Assembly: GCA_029863825.1 (NCBI GenBank)
Contig: JAOTUP010000001.1
Location: 1 to 38,323 of the forward strand
Direction of reading: 5' to 3'
DNA from: Acidobacteriota bacterium
Lineage (GTDB): Bacteria; Acidobacteriota; Thermoanaerobaculia; Multivoradales; JAHEKO01
DNA length: 38,323 nt
A model generated the notes under the pieces. The model worked only from the letters and a program-made list of their open reading frames with translations. It was not told the DNA's origin and ran no database searches. Of the stretch, positions 1 through 8,726 are shown one piece after another (within the stretch, counting starts at the first letter, position 1; every line of letters begins with the position of its first letter). Made by a program: the position numbers and the translations under genes.

Positions 1-1012
1 GGAGCGGAAAATCGACCTCGCGGCCGGTCTGTTTGGTGCCGTAGTGGAAGGCGCGAAAGCCGGCGTTGGCCTCGGTCATCATGTTCAAAGACAGCCAGGC
101 GCGATTGCTCTCGCGGTTCTTGTCCCAGTGCGCCAGTTTGTGCTTGCGCAGGCTCTCTGTGGTTTTGATGAGGCAGTCCGGCATGGTGTGGAGGAGCTTT
201 GTGCACATCGAGTCCACAGCTTCATCGAGCAGCGCCAGGTCGACCTCCCCCTGTCCCATCAGCTCCTTGCCTTTCTCACGCTCCGCGCCCTTCTTCCACT
301 CGCCGAGGACGACGCGACCCCACTCATCGAGAAGGCGATCGGTGACGACGATGGGATTTGGCGTCCACTCGCCGTCGACTTTCAGGGCCGGCACAATCGC
401 CGTCAGGCCGCCGAGCTGATAGAAGCGGTGGGCGCTCCACGGCTCGCACAGGGTGCCGGAGTACATCGCTGCCTCGATACCGACGAACAGCGGCAGGAAA
501 TCGGTCGAGCCGCCGTCCGGCGCCGAGCCGTGCTTGGGACCGGCCTGGCTGAAGAGCGCCAGGTCCGAGGCGACGGAAAAATCGCACGCCATGCCGACTT
601 CCTGGCCGCCGCCGACCCGCATGCCGTTGACGCGGCAGATGACCGGCTTGTCGCAGTGCAAAACGGCGGTCACCATATCGTTGAAGAGACGCATGTACTG
701 GCGGTACTCGGACGGTGCGCCGGCGTAAACCTCGGCGTACTCACGCGTATTGCCGCCGGCGCAGAAAGCTCTGCTGCCGGCGCCGGTCAAAACCACCGCC
801 ACCGCTGCACGGTCGTTGCTCGCACGCCGCAGCGCCAGAATGATCTCCTTGACCATTTCGGTGGTGTAGCTGTTGAGCTCGGCTGGATTGTTGAGAGTGA
901 TCCAGACGTTGTGGAGCCCCGGCGCCGGCTCACCGCCGTGATCGAGCACCGGTTTTTCTTCGTACAGGATCTCGCGCGGCGAGAACTCTCTGGTCAGGTC
1001 GTGCGATGTCAC
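1..1012 (-). CDS. oah: 6-oxocyclohex-1-ene-1-carbonyl-CoA hydrolase (Oah/BamA-type ring-opening crotonase); 3' end beyond window edge
   Basis: Absent from the ORF track because its stop lies left of position 1. My own reverse-strand translation starts at GTG 1012, with GAGGAGGAG 8 nt upstream, 20 nt after the had stop. It reads VTSHDLTREFSPREILYEEKPVLDHGGEPAPGLHNVWITLNNPAELNSYTTEMVKEIILALRRAS..CAGGNTREYAEVYAGAPSEYRQYMRLFNDMV..VNGMRVGGGQEVGMACDF..GPKHGSAPDGGSTDFLP and stays open to the edge. The NSYTT and GGGQE[IV]GMACDF blocks are the ones I recall as characteristic of Oah/BamA. Confidence 0.7.
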   Translation of the reverse strand, partial: MTSHDLTREFSPREILYEEKPVLDHGGEPAPGLHNVWITLNNPAELNSYTTEMVKEIILALRRASNDRAAVAVVLTGAGSRAFCAGGNTREYAEVYAGAPSEYRQYMRLFNDMVTAVLHCDKPVICRVNGMRVGGGQEVGMACDFSVASDLALFSQAGPKHGSAPDGGSTDFLPLFVGIEAAMYSGTLCEPWSAHRFYQLGGLTAIVPALKVDGEWTPNPIVVTDRLLDEWGRVVLGEWKKGAEREKGKELMGQGEVDLALLDEAVDSMCTKLLHTMPDCLIKTTESLRKHKLAHWDKNRESNRAWLSLNMMTEANAGFRAFHYGTKQTGREVDFPL

Positions 1013-1032
1013 GTCAGTCTCTCCTCCTCTCG

Positions 1033-2103
1033 TCACGGCCGCAATATCGCGCGCCGTGACAGCTCGTGGCGTGACGCTCTGGCAAGAACTTCAGGCGCAT
1101 CGTTCAGGGAATGCTCCTCGATGAACGCCTCGAGCTCGACTTTGCCGTCGAGGACGAGAGCGAGGGCCGCCGGGTACTGCTCCGGCGGGCATCCCCAGTT
1201 GCCCTGCGCCGTCGCGTCGAAGGCCATGAGATTCGACAACCTGAGCTCGAGCCTTTCGGCAGTGAAACCGACGACCGCGAGGTGCGCGCCATGGTCGAGC
1301 AGGCCGAAGGCGGTGCGCTGGCCGGCAGCGGTGCCGCTGGTCTCGAAGATCTTGAGTCCGACGCCCGAGCGACCGCTCTTCTTGGCGAATCCGCGGATAG
1401 CTGCACGCAGCTCCTTGAAGCCCATCTCAGTGGCATTGAGAACGAGATCTGCACCGTGTGTGGCGACCAGATCGAGTCGGTCGCCGTCGACGTCGATGGC
1501 AGCGACCGCGGCGCCGAGGGCGGCCGCAACCTGCACGCCGAAGCCGCCGATGCCGCCGACGCCGACGAAGACCGCAACGTCGTCGGAACCGAGATGAGCT
1601 CGCCGAGCTGCCTCGAACGGGGTCGTCACGGCGTCGGCAACGACCGAGAGGTGAGCGAGCTCGAGGCCGTCAGGGAGCGCCTCCGGCACCGGACAGAGGC
1701 CCCGGGACGGCACCCGTACATGACTGGCAAAGCCTCCGTGGCCATCGTTGCCGGGCATGAACTGGCGACGACAGATGGTGGGTCTTCCTGCTCGACAGGC
1801 GGGGCATTCACCGCATGCAATGACCGCCGGTACGATGACCGACTTGCCGAGCCAGCGCTCAGTCGCCTTGCCACAGGCCACGACTCGCCCGGCGATCTCG
1901 TGTCCCAGGATAAGAGGCAACTCATGGCGGGTTGGAACGCCGTCATAAGCGAAGCTGACATCGGTGTGGCACACGCCGCAGCCCGCCACCTCGACGATGA
2001 CCTCGTCTGGGGCAGGGGTCAGTGGCCCGAGATCGATGCGCTCCAGCGGGCGACCCACTGCCGTCAAACAGTAGCCGTAGGAATCCTGAGCGGCAGCCAC
2101 CAA
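1033..2103 (-). CDS. had: Zn-dependent alcohol dehydrogenase family, probable 6-hydroxycyclohex-1-ene-1-carbonyl-CoA dehydrogenase
   Basis: 356-aa ORF with catalytic-Zn motifs GCGVCHTD and GHEIAGRV, a structural-Zn cluster CGECPACRAGRPTIC and a Rossmann motif VGVGGIGG. The Had assignment comes from position directly upstream of, and co-oriented with, oah (same order as bzdX-bzdY). The family call is firm; the substrate call is by context. Confidence 0.6.
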   Translation of the reverse strand: MVAAAQDSYGYCLTAVGRPLERIDLGPLTPAPDEVIVEVAGCGVCHTDVSFAYDGVPTRHELPLILGHEIAGRVVACGKATERWLGKSVIVPAVIACGECPACRAGRPTICRRQFMPGNDGHGGFASHVRVPSRGLCPVPEALPDGLELAHLSVVADAVTTPFEAARRAHLGSDDVAVFVGVGGIGGFGVQVAAALGAAVAAIDVDGDRLDLVATHGADLVLNATEMGFKELRAAIRGFAKKSGRSGVGLKIFETSGTAAGQRTAFGLLDHGAHLAVVGFTAERLELRLSNLMAFDATAQGNWGCPPEQYPAALALVLDGKVELEAFIEEHSLNDAPEVLARASRHELSRRAILRP

Positions 2104-2249
2104 CCGAGCTTACCGCCTCACGAGGGCAGTTGCACCCGCCAACAGTATCGAGCGTCCCGGTCGTCGAGCGGAAACGCGACAGCCCGGAGAGCACGTCGAG
2201 AGGGCGGGCTGCTGTTGGTGGTCGTACAATGCCGGAAGAGCACGACGGT

Positions 2250-2741
2250 ATGAATGCACGAGTGATGGAGCGAGGAGTGGCTGGAACCTGGAAGGCGAAA
2301 GCCCGGAGCCACGTGCTCGTCGTCGCGGTGGTGATGGGCAGCCTGCCAGTCGACGATGCGATGGCGTCAGCCGAATCTGAAGATCCCGGCACGTTGACGG
2401 TGGAGGTAGTGGGACTCGAGTCGACTCGAGGACAGGTGAGGATAGCCGTCTTCGCGTCCGAGGTTACGTGGCTCGAAACAGCTGCATATTCGGTCGTGCT
2501 GGATCTCGAGAAACCCAAATGCCGGTGGAGTGTGGGCAACGTTGCCGCCGGCGACTACGGAGTCGTTGTTCTCCACGATCTGAACGAAAACGGCAAGAAC
2601 GATCGCAATCTGTTCGGAATACCCAAGGAGCCGTACGGATTCTCGAACAACGTGCGTGCGGCCTTCGGGCCTCCGAAGTGGAGCAAGGCCAGGTTCACGG
2701 TCGCCAGCGGGGAAACCGAGATTCGCATCGAAGTGAAGTAG
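2250..2741 (+). CDS. DUF2141-like secreted protein
   Basis: Lies in ORF 2022..2741. The upstream part is Arg/Pro-rich junk. Starts at 2229, 2250 or 2265 give a signal-like HVLVVAVVMGSLPVDDAMA. This is followed by GTLTVEVVGLESTRGQVRIAVF and NENGKNDRNLFGIPKEPYGFSNNVRAAFGPPKW, the pattern I associate with DUF2141. Confidence 0.6.
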   Translation: MNARVMERGVAGTWKAKARSHVLVVAVVMGSLPVDDAMASAESEDPGTLTVEVVGLESTRGQVRIAVFASEVTWLETAAYSVVLDLEKPKCRWSVGNVAAGDYGVVVLHDLNENGKNDRNLFGIPKEPYGFSNNVRAAFGPPKWSKARFTVASGETEIRIEVK

Positions 2742-2905
2742 GCCGTCGCCGAGCGTCGAGACCGACAGCATTTCGAAATGAAGAAGGCAATCGCTGAGAT
2801 GAACCATTCCGAGAACCCATCACAGCTTCTCGAGATCGCATCTAGGCCGGCCATCCCGAGTGTTCGGGAGCCGAGCTCGGGGCATGGAGGCGAGGTGAGG
2901 CGACG

Positions 2906-3421
2906 ATGAGTGACGAGCTCGAGAGCATTCTCGTTGGCACGATCGGCCTCGACATCATCGCGCTCGTGGCTCTCGCGCTGACGGTGGCACGAGGAAGCGG
3001 CGGGTCGAAAGAGCGCGCGCGGCCCGATGTAGTGCAGCTGGGCGTTCTCACTCTGGCGCTCCAGAGCATCCACTTCGCCGAAGAGCTGGCTACCGACTTT
3101 CACCAACGCTTCCCGGCCTTACGCGGCCTCCATCCATGGTCGGCCGAGTCTTTCGCCACCCTCAATCTCAGCTGGATCGCAGTGTGGATCCTGAGCATTG
3201 TTGGCGTGCGACGCGGATTTCACGCTGCGCTCTTCCCCGTCTGGTTTCTGGGCCTCGCCTCCGCTGTCAACAGCATCGCTCACCCCGTGATGTCGATTCG
3301 CGCGGCGGGCTATTTCCCCGGCCTGTGGACGGCGATACCGGTCGGCGTCGCAGGCGCGGTGCTGCTGCGCAACCTGAATCGGTTGACGGAGAGTCGAGCA
3401 GCGAATCGAGGTGCTGCCTGA
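2906..3421 (+). CDS. HXXEE-domain membrane protein
   Basis: 171 aa with 4-5 hydrophobic helices. IHFAEE matches the HXXEE signature. Its stop overlaps the next start (TGATG). Confidence 0.6.
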   Translation: MSDELESILVGTIGLDIIALVALALTVARGSGGSKERARPDVVQLGVLTLALQSIHFAEELATDFHQRFPALRGLHPWSAESFATLNLSWIAVWILSIVGVRRGFHAALFPVWFLGLASAVNSIAHPVMSIRAAGYFPGLWTAIPVGVAGAVLLRNLNRLTESRAANRGAA

Positions 3422-4092
3422 TGGCCAGTGTGGAGATGAGAGTCTGGGAAGAGCGGTTCGAGAACGTCTTGCGACATCAGACCAGCGGCGACGCCTCACA
3501 TGGACTCGACCACGTCAAGAGAGTGGTGAGGATCGCGAAGCGGCTGGGGAACCTCGAAGGCGCTGAGGTGGAAGTCGTGGTCCCGGCTGCCTGGTTGCAT
3601 GACTGCGTGATGATCGAGAAGGATTCACCGGACCGTGCGCGCGCATCGACTCTGGCAGCCGACCGTGCGCTCGAGTATCTTCTCGAGCTTCAATATCCAC
3701 ATCGCCATCTGAAAGCGGTGCATCATGCAATTCGATCACACAGCTTTTCGGCGGGGATTGCGCCGGAGACGCTCGAGGCCGCTGTCGTGCAGGATGCCGA
3801 CCGTCTTGACGCCCTCGGAGCTGTCGGCATCGCTCGCTGCTTCACCGTCGGCGGCCGGCTCGGTCTGCCTCTCTACGACGAGGACGATCCCTTCTGCCGA
3901 GCGCGGGAAGCGGACGACCGGCATACCGTGCTCGATCATTTTTTCGTCAAGCTCCTGAGACTGCCGGAGAGCATGCGAACCGAGTCGGGTCGAGTGGAGG
4001 CGAAACGACGAGTCCGAATCATCGAGGCCTTTCTGGCTGAGCTTGCCCACGAGATCGGGGCAGACGAGACGGGAGAGCGGGAGCGGAGGTAG
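3421..4092 (+). CDS. HD-domain metal-dependent phosphohydrolase
   Basis: In-frame ATG at codon 96 of ORF 3136..4092. HGLDHVKRV, WLHD and QDADRLDALGAVG give the H..HD..D pattern. Confidence 0.8.
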   Translation: MASVEMRVWEERFENVLRHQTSGDASHGLDHVKRVVRIAKRLGNLEGAEVEVVVPAAWLHDCVMIEKDSPDRARASTLAADRALEYLLELQYPHRHLKAVHHAIRSHSFSAGIAPETLEAAVVQDADRLDALGAVGIARCFTVGGRLGLPLYDEDDPFCRAREADDRHTVLDHFFVKLLRLPESMRTESGRVEAKRRVRIIEAFLAELAHEIGADETGERERR

Positions 4093-4318
4093 CATCGCGA
4101 GAGCGGCGGCGGCGAGCCCGGCGCCTCAGCACAGGAGAGAAGGGAGATTCGTCATGGGAACCGTCGCCAATGCCAGATTCGAGACCACCCCCGGGGACGA
4201 GGAGCCGTTGCGAGAGTTCGAAGAAGGGCGGAAGTTGACGCGGAAAGCTGCCCGATGACGCGCGAGTACGCCAGTGATACGAAATCAAATCGTCAGTGAA
4301 TGAGCGGAGGGAATGAAA

Positions 4319-4519
4319 ATGGCGCAGGATGCTGTTCGAGAAGCGTGTTTGGCGTGCGACCGGGGATCGAACGAGGTGCCGCTCATCGCCCTCGTCTTTC
4401 AAGGCGCAACGCGATGGATTTGCCCACAACACCTTCCATTGCTGATTCACGACCCTCAACGGCTGGCGGGCCGGCTGCCGGGGGCGGAGTCGATGGCTCC
4501 GGCCGACACGCACGACTAA
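4319..4519 (+). CDS. small Cys-containing hypothetical protein (about 66 aa)
   Basis: Track ORF 4313..4519. GGAGGG lies just upstream and is best spaced for the second ATG at 4319. The protein carries CLAC....WICPQH. Its TAA stop overlaps the GNAT ATG (TAATG). The frame differs from the long 4300 ORF, whose N-terminal 73 codons look non-coding. Confidence 0.4.
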   Translation: MAQDAVREACLACDRGSNEVPLIALVFQGATRWICPQHLPLLIHDPQRLAGRLPGAESMAPADTHD

Positions 4520-5052
4520 TGACCGGAGATCGAGTGGCGAGAACACGCGCGGAACGGTCCGGCGATCACCCGAGCGTCGATGCGATTCACAGGCTTGCCT
4601 TCGAAACCGGGCTGGAAGCTGCAATTGTCGAGACCTTGCGTCAGGCCGTAGAGCCGCTCATCTCGATCGTCGCCGAGCTCGACCGCGGCGAGGTGGTCGG
4701 ACACATCATGTTCTCGCCAGTGACGATCGACAGACGAGGTGGTGACATCGAGTTCATGGGTCTCGCTCCGATGGCGGTTCATCCGAGATACCAGAACCAG
4801 GGCATCGGGTCCCGCCTTGTCGAAGAGGGTCTCGCGGCCTGCCGCACGGCCGGTACCGAGCTCGTCTTCGTTCTCGGCCACCCTGCGTTCTACCCTCGCT
4901 TTGGATTCCTTCCGGCAGTCGACAGCAGCTTCCACTACGTTGATTCACGATTGGACGACTATTTCTTTGTCCAGTGCGTAAGTGCGGAAGGAGCGTCGGT
5001 TGATTCCGGTACCGTGGCCTACCATGAGACGTTCGACATCGATGGGGTCTGA
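4519..5052 (+). CDS. GNAT family N-acetyltransferase (YhbS-like)
   Basis: ATG at codon 74 of ORF 4300..5052. RYQNQGIGSRLVEEGL is the acetyl-CoA loop, followed by HPAFYPRFGF. Confidence 0.8.
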   Translation: MTGDRVARTRAERSGDHPSVDAIHRLAFETGLEAAIVETLRQAVEPLISIVAELDRGEVVGHIMFSPVTIDRRGGDIEFMGLAPMAVHPRYQNQGIGSRLVEEGLAACRTAGTELVFVLGHPAFYPRFGFLPAVDSSFHYVDSRLDDYFFVQCVSAEGASVDSGTVAYHETFDIDGV

Positions 5053-5099
5053 CACTCGCTGCAATTGCCGGCGGGGGAAGCGGCGCGGGGACTGAATCG

Positions 5100-5795
5100 A
5101 TGCTGAATTATTCGTCCTTCTCTCACCTGAGCTTCGATTGCTACGGCACGCTCATCGATTGGGAGAGCGGCATTCTTGCGGCGGTCGACAAGGTGCTGCA
5201 GCGGCATCGAGTGGACCTGCAGCCTGCCGAGATCATTCGCTCTTATGCGGGCTTCGAAGCGGAAATAGAAGCCGGTGACTTCGTGGCGTACCGACATGTC
5301 TTGCGCGGTGTGATGAACCGGTTCGCACGTGAGTTTGGCTTTCTCCCGACGGAAGACGACCTGCAGGCGCTTCCGGAGTCGGTCGGCAGGTGGCCGGCAT
5401 TTCCGGACACGGTGCAAGCGCTGGCGCGCCTGGCGAAGCGTTATCGGCTGGTGATCCTCTCGAACATCGACGATGCGATGTTCGCGGAAACGCGTGAAGC
5501 TCTGGGAGTCGAGTTCGAGGACATCGTGACCGCTGAGCAGATTGGCAGCTACAAGCCCTCGACGCGGCATTTCGAAGTCGCCTTGGACCGCCTCGGAATC
5601 CGGTCAGGGCAATTGCTGCATGTCGCTCAAAGTCTCTACCACGACCATGTGCCGGCGCAGCGCCTGGGGTTGAAGACGGCTTGGGTCAACCGTCAAAGTT
5701 GCTGTCCCGGTGTCGGCGTCGCCCCGGTCACGCGCATCGTGCCGGACGTCGAGGTGGCGGACCTCGACGGCCTTGCCGATCTGGCGGGAGTGTGA
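5100..5795 (+). CDS. HAD superfamily hydrolase, type II haloacid dehalogenase-like
   Basis: SFDCYGTLIDWE carries the DxYGT nucleophile motif. ILSNID, SYKPS and a C-terminal Asp region are also present. Confidence 0.8.
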   Translation: MLNYSSFSHLSFDCYGTLIDWESGILAAVDKVLQRHRVDLQPAEIIRSYAGFEAEIEAGDFVAYRHVLRGVMNRFAREFGFLPTEDDLQALPESVGRWPAFPDTVQALARLAKRYRLVILSNIDDAMFAETREALGVEFEDIVTAEQIGSYKPSTRHFEVALDRLGIRSGQLLHVAQSLYHDHVPAQRLGLKTAWVNRQSCCPGVGVAPVTRIVPDVEVADLDGLADLAGV

Positions 5796-5796
5796 G

Positions 5797-6303
5797 ATGT
5801 CTCATTCCTTTGCACGGCCGCTTTCGGTCGGACGGTTCACCAAGATCACCCTTCTCGCCTGGCTCGCCTTCCTGGGGATCGATTTCTTTGTTCACGGAGC
5901 TCTTCTGGCGGAGTGGTACCAGCGCGGTGCTCCGGCGCTGCTGTCGCTGGAGCAGGCGTTTGCGAGGATTCCGCTGGGGTATGCAAGCTTTCTCCTCCTG
6001 ACGGGTCTTGTCGTGTGGATCGGAGCTCGGCTCGAGCTGATGGGCTGGCGCCAGGGTCTCGCCTTTGGATCTGTTGTAGGAACGGTTCTCGCTGGTGCTC
6101 ACAGTCTAGCGTTGGTATCGATCACCACTTTGAGCCCACAGCTCGCAATGTGGTGGGGGCTGGCCGAGGCGCTGGAGTTGGCTGTCGCAGGGTCTGTCGT
6201 CGGCGCGGCCCTCTCTGCGCCGCGCCTGGGTCGTCTGACCGCGGTGGTGGCCGCATTCGTCGTCTTTCTCGTAGTGCTCACGATCACTTGGCAGAATGTG
6301 TGA
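5797..6303 (+). CDS. hypothetical integral membrane protein
   Basis: ATG at codon 30 of ORF 5710..6303, 2 nt after the previous stop. About five hydrophobic helices and no recognisable motif. Confidence 0.5.
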   Translation: MSHSFARPLSVGRFTKITLLAWLAFLGIDFFVHGALLAEWYQRGAPALLSLEQAFARIPLGYASFLLLTGLVVWIGARLELMGWRQGLAFGSVVGTVLAGAHSLALVSITTLSPQLAMWWGLAEALELAVAGSVVGAALSAPRLGRLTAVVAAFVVFLVVLTITWQNV

Positions 6304-6397
6304 AGGCCGCCGCCTCAGGTGACGAGGGTAGAGTAGAAGCTGGCGGAGGGTGCTCCGGAGTCCGGGCGCCGTTTGTCGAGCGGAAGGAGCTGTCCTG

Positions 6398-6631
6398 ATG
6401 GAGTCTTACGCACCGTGCCCGAACTGCCGCGGCGGCAATCTCTATTCGACGCAGAAAGACGTCAGCGCTGGTGGTGGATACGCGCCCAACTATCTTCCCG
6501 GCCTGGGGGGCATGTTCGCAGCCGAGAAGTTCCGAGTCGTCGTGTGTGCAGACTGCGGCCTGACTCGCTTCTTCGCCAGGTCATCGGCGATGGAAGAACT
6601 GGCGAGCTCTTCGAAGTGGAAGCAAGTCTAG
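6398..6631 (+). CDS. small zinc-ribbon protein
   Basis: ATG 6398 is preceded by GGAAGGAG. CPNC....(42 aa)....CADC gives a two-knuckle Cys4 layout. 77 aa. Confidence 0.5.
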   Translation: MESYAPCPNCRGGNLYSTQKDVSAGGGYAPNYLPGLGGMFAAEKFRVVVCADCGLTRFFARSSAMEELASSSKWKQV

Positions 6632-6743
6632 ATCGCGATCTCCGAGCGTTTGGGGGCATGCCGCGGAAGAGGGCCGATGCCGGCTTTCGCCTCGCGCCAG
6701 GTCCCATGCCGACAACGGATAGTCGGAAGAGGAGAGAAGTGAA

Positions 6744-7280
6744 GTGAGAGCGTGGCACCTCGTGGTTTTGATCGCTGCGGTGGCCATCTACGTCATCATG
6801 CGGCCGCCATCCGCTGCGAAGATCGTTCGAGGCATGGAAGTGAGTATTCCGGCGGGAACCATCGAATACGCGGACGTGCGCTATGCGGCGACCTGGAGTG
6901 ATTCGATCGTGCGCAGCGGGGATATCCGTTACTTGTCCCGTGCCTACACCAAGTCTGTGCCGATGGTGATCTATGATGCAGTTCTGACGAGTGGAGAGTT
7001 CAGTGACTCGTCGATCGTCGAGATCGAAAGCACCGGCGGCGGCAACTTCTATTGGAGGTCGAAGAAACAGCCGCAGGGCACGCTTGTCGCGCTTCACATC
7101 ATTCCCGAAAACGAGATCGTCCTTCGCTCACTTGCGAGTGTTGATGAAGGCGATCGGATCGAGATCGTGGGACGCGACGAAATCAATGGAAAAATCGAGG
7201 GGGCCGACGGGAGTTTTCTCCGATTGGCGCACGATAATCACAAGTTCGTGCTGGCGAGTCGAGTGAGCGTCGAGAACTGA
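6744..7280 (+). CDS. hypothetical protein with N-terminal membrane anchor
   Basis: 178-aa ORF. N-terminal WHLVVLIAAVAIYVIM helix, then a soluble domain with normal amino-acid composition. No family recognised. Confidence 0.45.
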   Translation: MRAWHLVVLIAAVAIYVIMRPPSAAKIVRGMEVSIPAGTIEYADVRYAATWSDSIVRSGDIRYLSRAYTKSVPMVIYDAVLTSGEFSDSSIVEIESTGGGNFYWRSKKQPQGTLVALHIIPENEIVLRSLASVDEGDRIEIVGRDEINGKIEGADGSFLRLAHDNHKFVLASRVSVEN

Positions 7281-7407
7281 TGGTCGAAGCACGGACCGTG
7301 GACGCCGAGAAAAGTGACGAGATGACACACGCCGGTTCGACCGCTGTTCTCATTGACGGAGGCGGTCGGCAGCTACTCGATGGCAGAACCCTCGGCCGGG
7401 AGATGAT

Positions 7408-8175
7408 ATGAGTGGCGAGTTCAAGACGGCGATTGTCCGACGTCCTGGACCGGACTTCGGTACTGGGCTGACGACGGCGACGGGCGAACCGCCGGACTTC
7501 GAGAAGGCTCTGGAACAGCATCGCGCCTACATCGAGGCGCTGGCGAGGCTCGGAGTCGACGTCGTGGAGCTCGACGCCTTGTCGAGGTTCCCGGACGCTT
7601 ACTTCGTCGAGGACACGGCAGTCGTGTGCGAGACGGTGGCGGTAGTGACGCGCCCGGGTGCTGAAGAACGCCGCGGTGAGGAGGAATCCATCGAGCCGGT
7701 GCTGGCTCGTTTCCGCCCGATCGAAAGAATCGGTTCGCCGGGTACCGTTGATGGTGGCGACGTGCTGGAGGTGGGAGATCATTTTCTGATCGGAGTTTCG
7801 GATCGCACGAACGAGGAAGGGGCGGGCCAGCTCGGAGAGATTCTTTCTCGCCACGGAAAGACCTGGAGCGCGATGGCAGTGGGCTCAGGTCTCCATTTGA
7901 AATCGAGTCTTGCTGCTCTCGACGATGAGACCCTTCTGGTCACGCCGGAATACGTCAATCGACAGGAGCTGAAGGCCTGGGAGAAGGTCGTCGTCGAGAC
8001 AGGCGAGGAATACGCGGCGAATACGCTGGCGGTCAACGGCACGCTGCTGGTACCTGCCGGCTATCCGGGCGTCCTTCGAAAGCTCGAAGCGCGGGGATTC
8101 CCTCTCGTCGTCCTCGATGTCAGCGAGGCGCGGAGAATGGACGGCGGACTCTCGTGCATGTCGCTGCGATTCTGA
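7408..8175 (+). CDS. dimethylarginine dimethylaminohydrolase / amidinotransferase-fold enzyme
   Basis: 255 aa with FVEDTAVV, GGDVLEVG, HLKS and a C-terminal GGLSCMSLRF carrying the catalytic Cys. Confidence 0.75.
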   Translation: MSGEFKTAIVRRPGPDFGTGLTTATGEPPDFEKALEQHRAYIEALARLGVDVVELDALSRFPDAYFVEDTAVVCETVAVVTRPGAEERRGEEESIEPVLARFRPIERIGSPGTVDGGDVLEVGDHFLIGVSDRTNEEGAGQLGEILSRHGKTWSAMAVGSGLHLKSSLAALDDETLLVTPEYVNRQELKAWEKVVVETGEEYAANTLAVNGTLLVPAGYPGVLRKLEARGFPLVVLDVSEARRMDGGLSCMSLRF

Positions 8176-8360
8176 GTGTGTCCAGCGAACCGGAAGGAAA
8201 CGGGCTTCGCGACACAAGAGCTCGACGGACCCTCACCAGAAGCCCGACAGCAGACTGATTTCGGCCTTATGGGTGGCGCACTAGTGGTCTGTGGGTCACG
8301 ATTCCCCTGCTCGTCTGCGGGGCGAGAGAACCGGGATCTATACAATAAAAGTCTAGTTTC

Positions 8361-8726
8361 ATGCTGCCGCACATTCTGGCTGAACCGCTTTTTCTTCAGA
8401 TATGGGTCTTTTGGCTCATTGTCATCAATACGGCGTGCATATTCTTCTTGCGCCAGGTCGAGGCGCGCTGGGTGTTGGTGGCGTGGGTCGGCAACATTCT
8501 CTTCATGACGGCGCTCTTCGAGCTCAACGGCTTCAACCGCTTGCTCAGCCTGTCGCACGTTGTTTCGTGGACGCCACTGGTGATCTATCTCCACCGGCGA
8601 CGCGACTCGCTCTCCGGCGAACGACTCTTCGATGGCTGGGTGCGCACGCTCTTCGTCACCAATCTCATCTCGCTCGCCATCGACTATGTGGAAATTGTGC
8701 GTTATCTGCTGGGGGATCGAGGCTGA
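8361..8726 (+). CDS. small hypothetical membrane protein
   Basis: 121 aa with four hydrophobic segments. An AT-rich stretch (TATACAATAAAAG) lies upstream. Its stop overlaps the next ATG. Confidence 0.5.
   Translation: MLPHILAEPLFLQIWVFWLIVINTACIFFLRQVEARWVLVAWVGNILFMTALFELNGFNRLLSLSHVVSWTPLVIYLHRRRDSLSGERLFDGWVRTLFVTNLISLAIDYVEIVRYLLGDRG

Noticed and set aside
44-1597. 517-aa plus-strand ORF, the longest call at the left edge
   Set aside because: It lies antisense to two well-supported minus-strand genes (oah and had). Its Ala/Arg/Pro-rich composition has no motif. This is a typical GC-rich shadow ORF.
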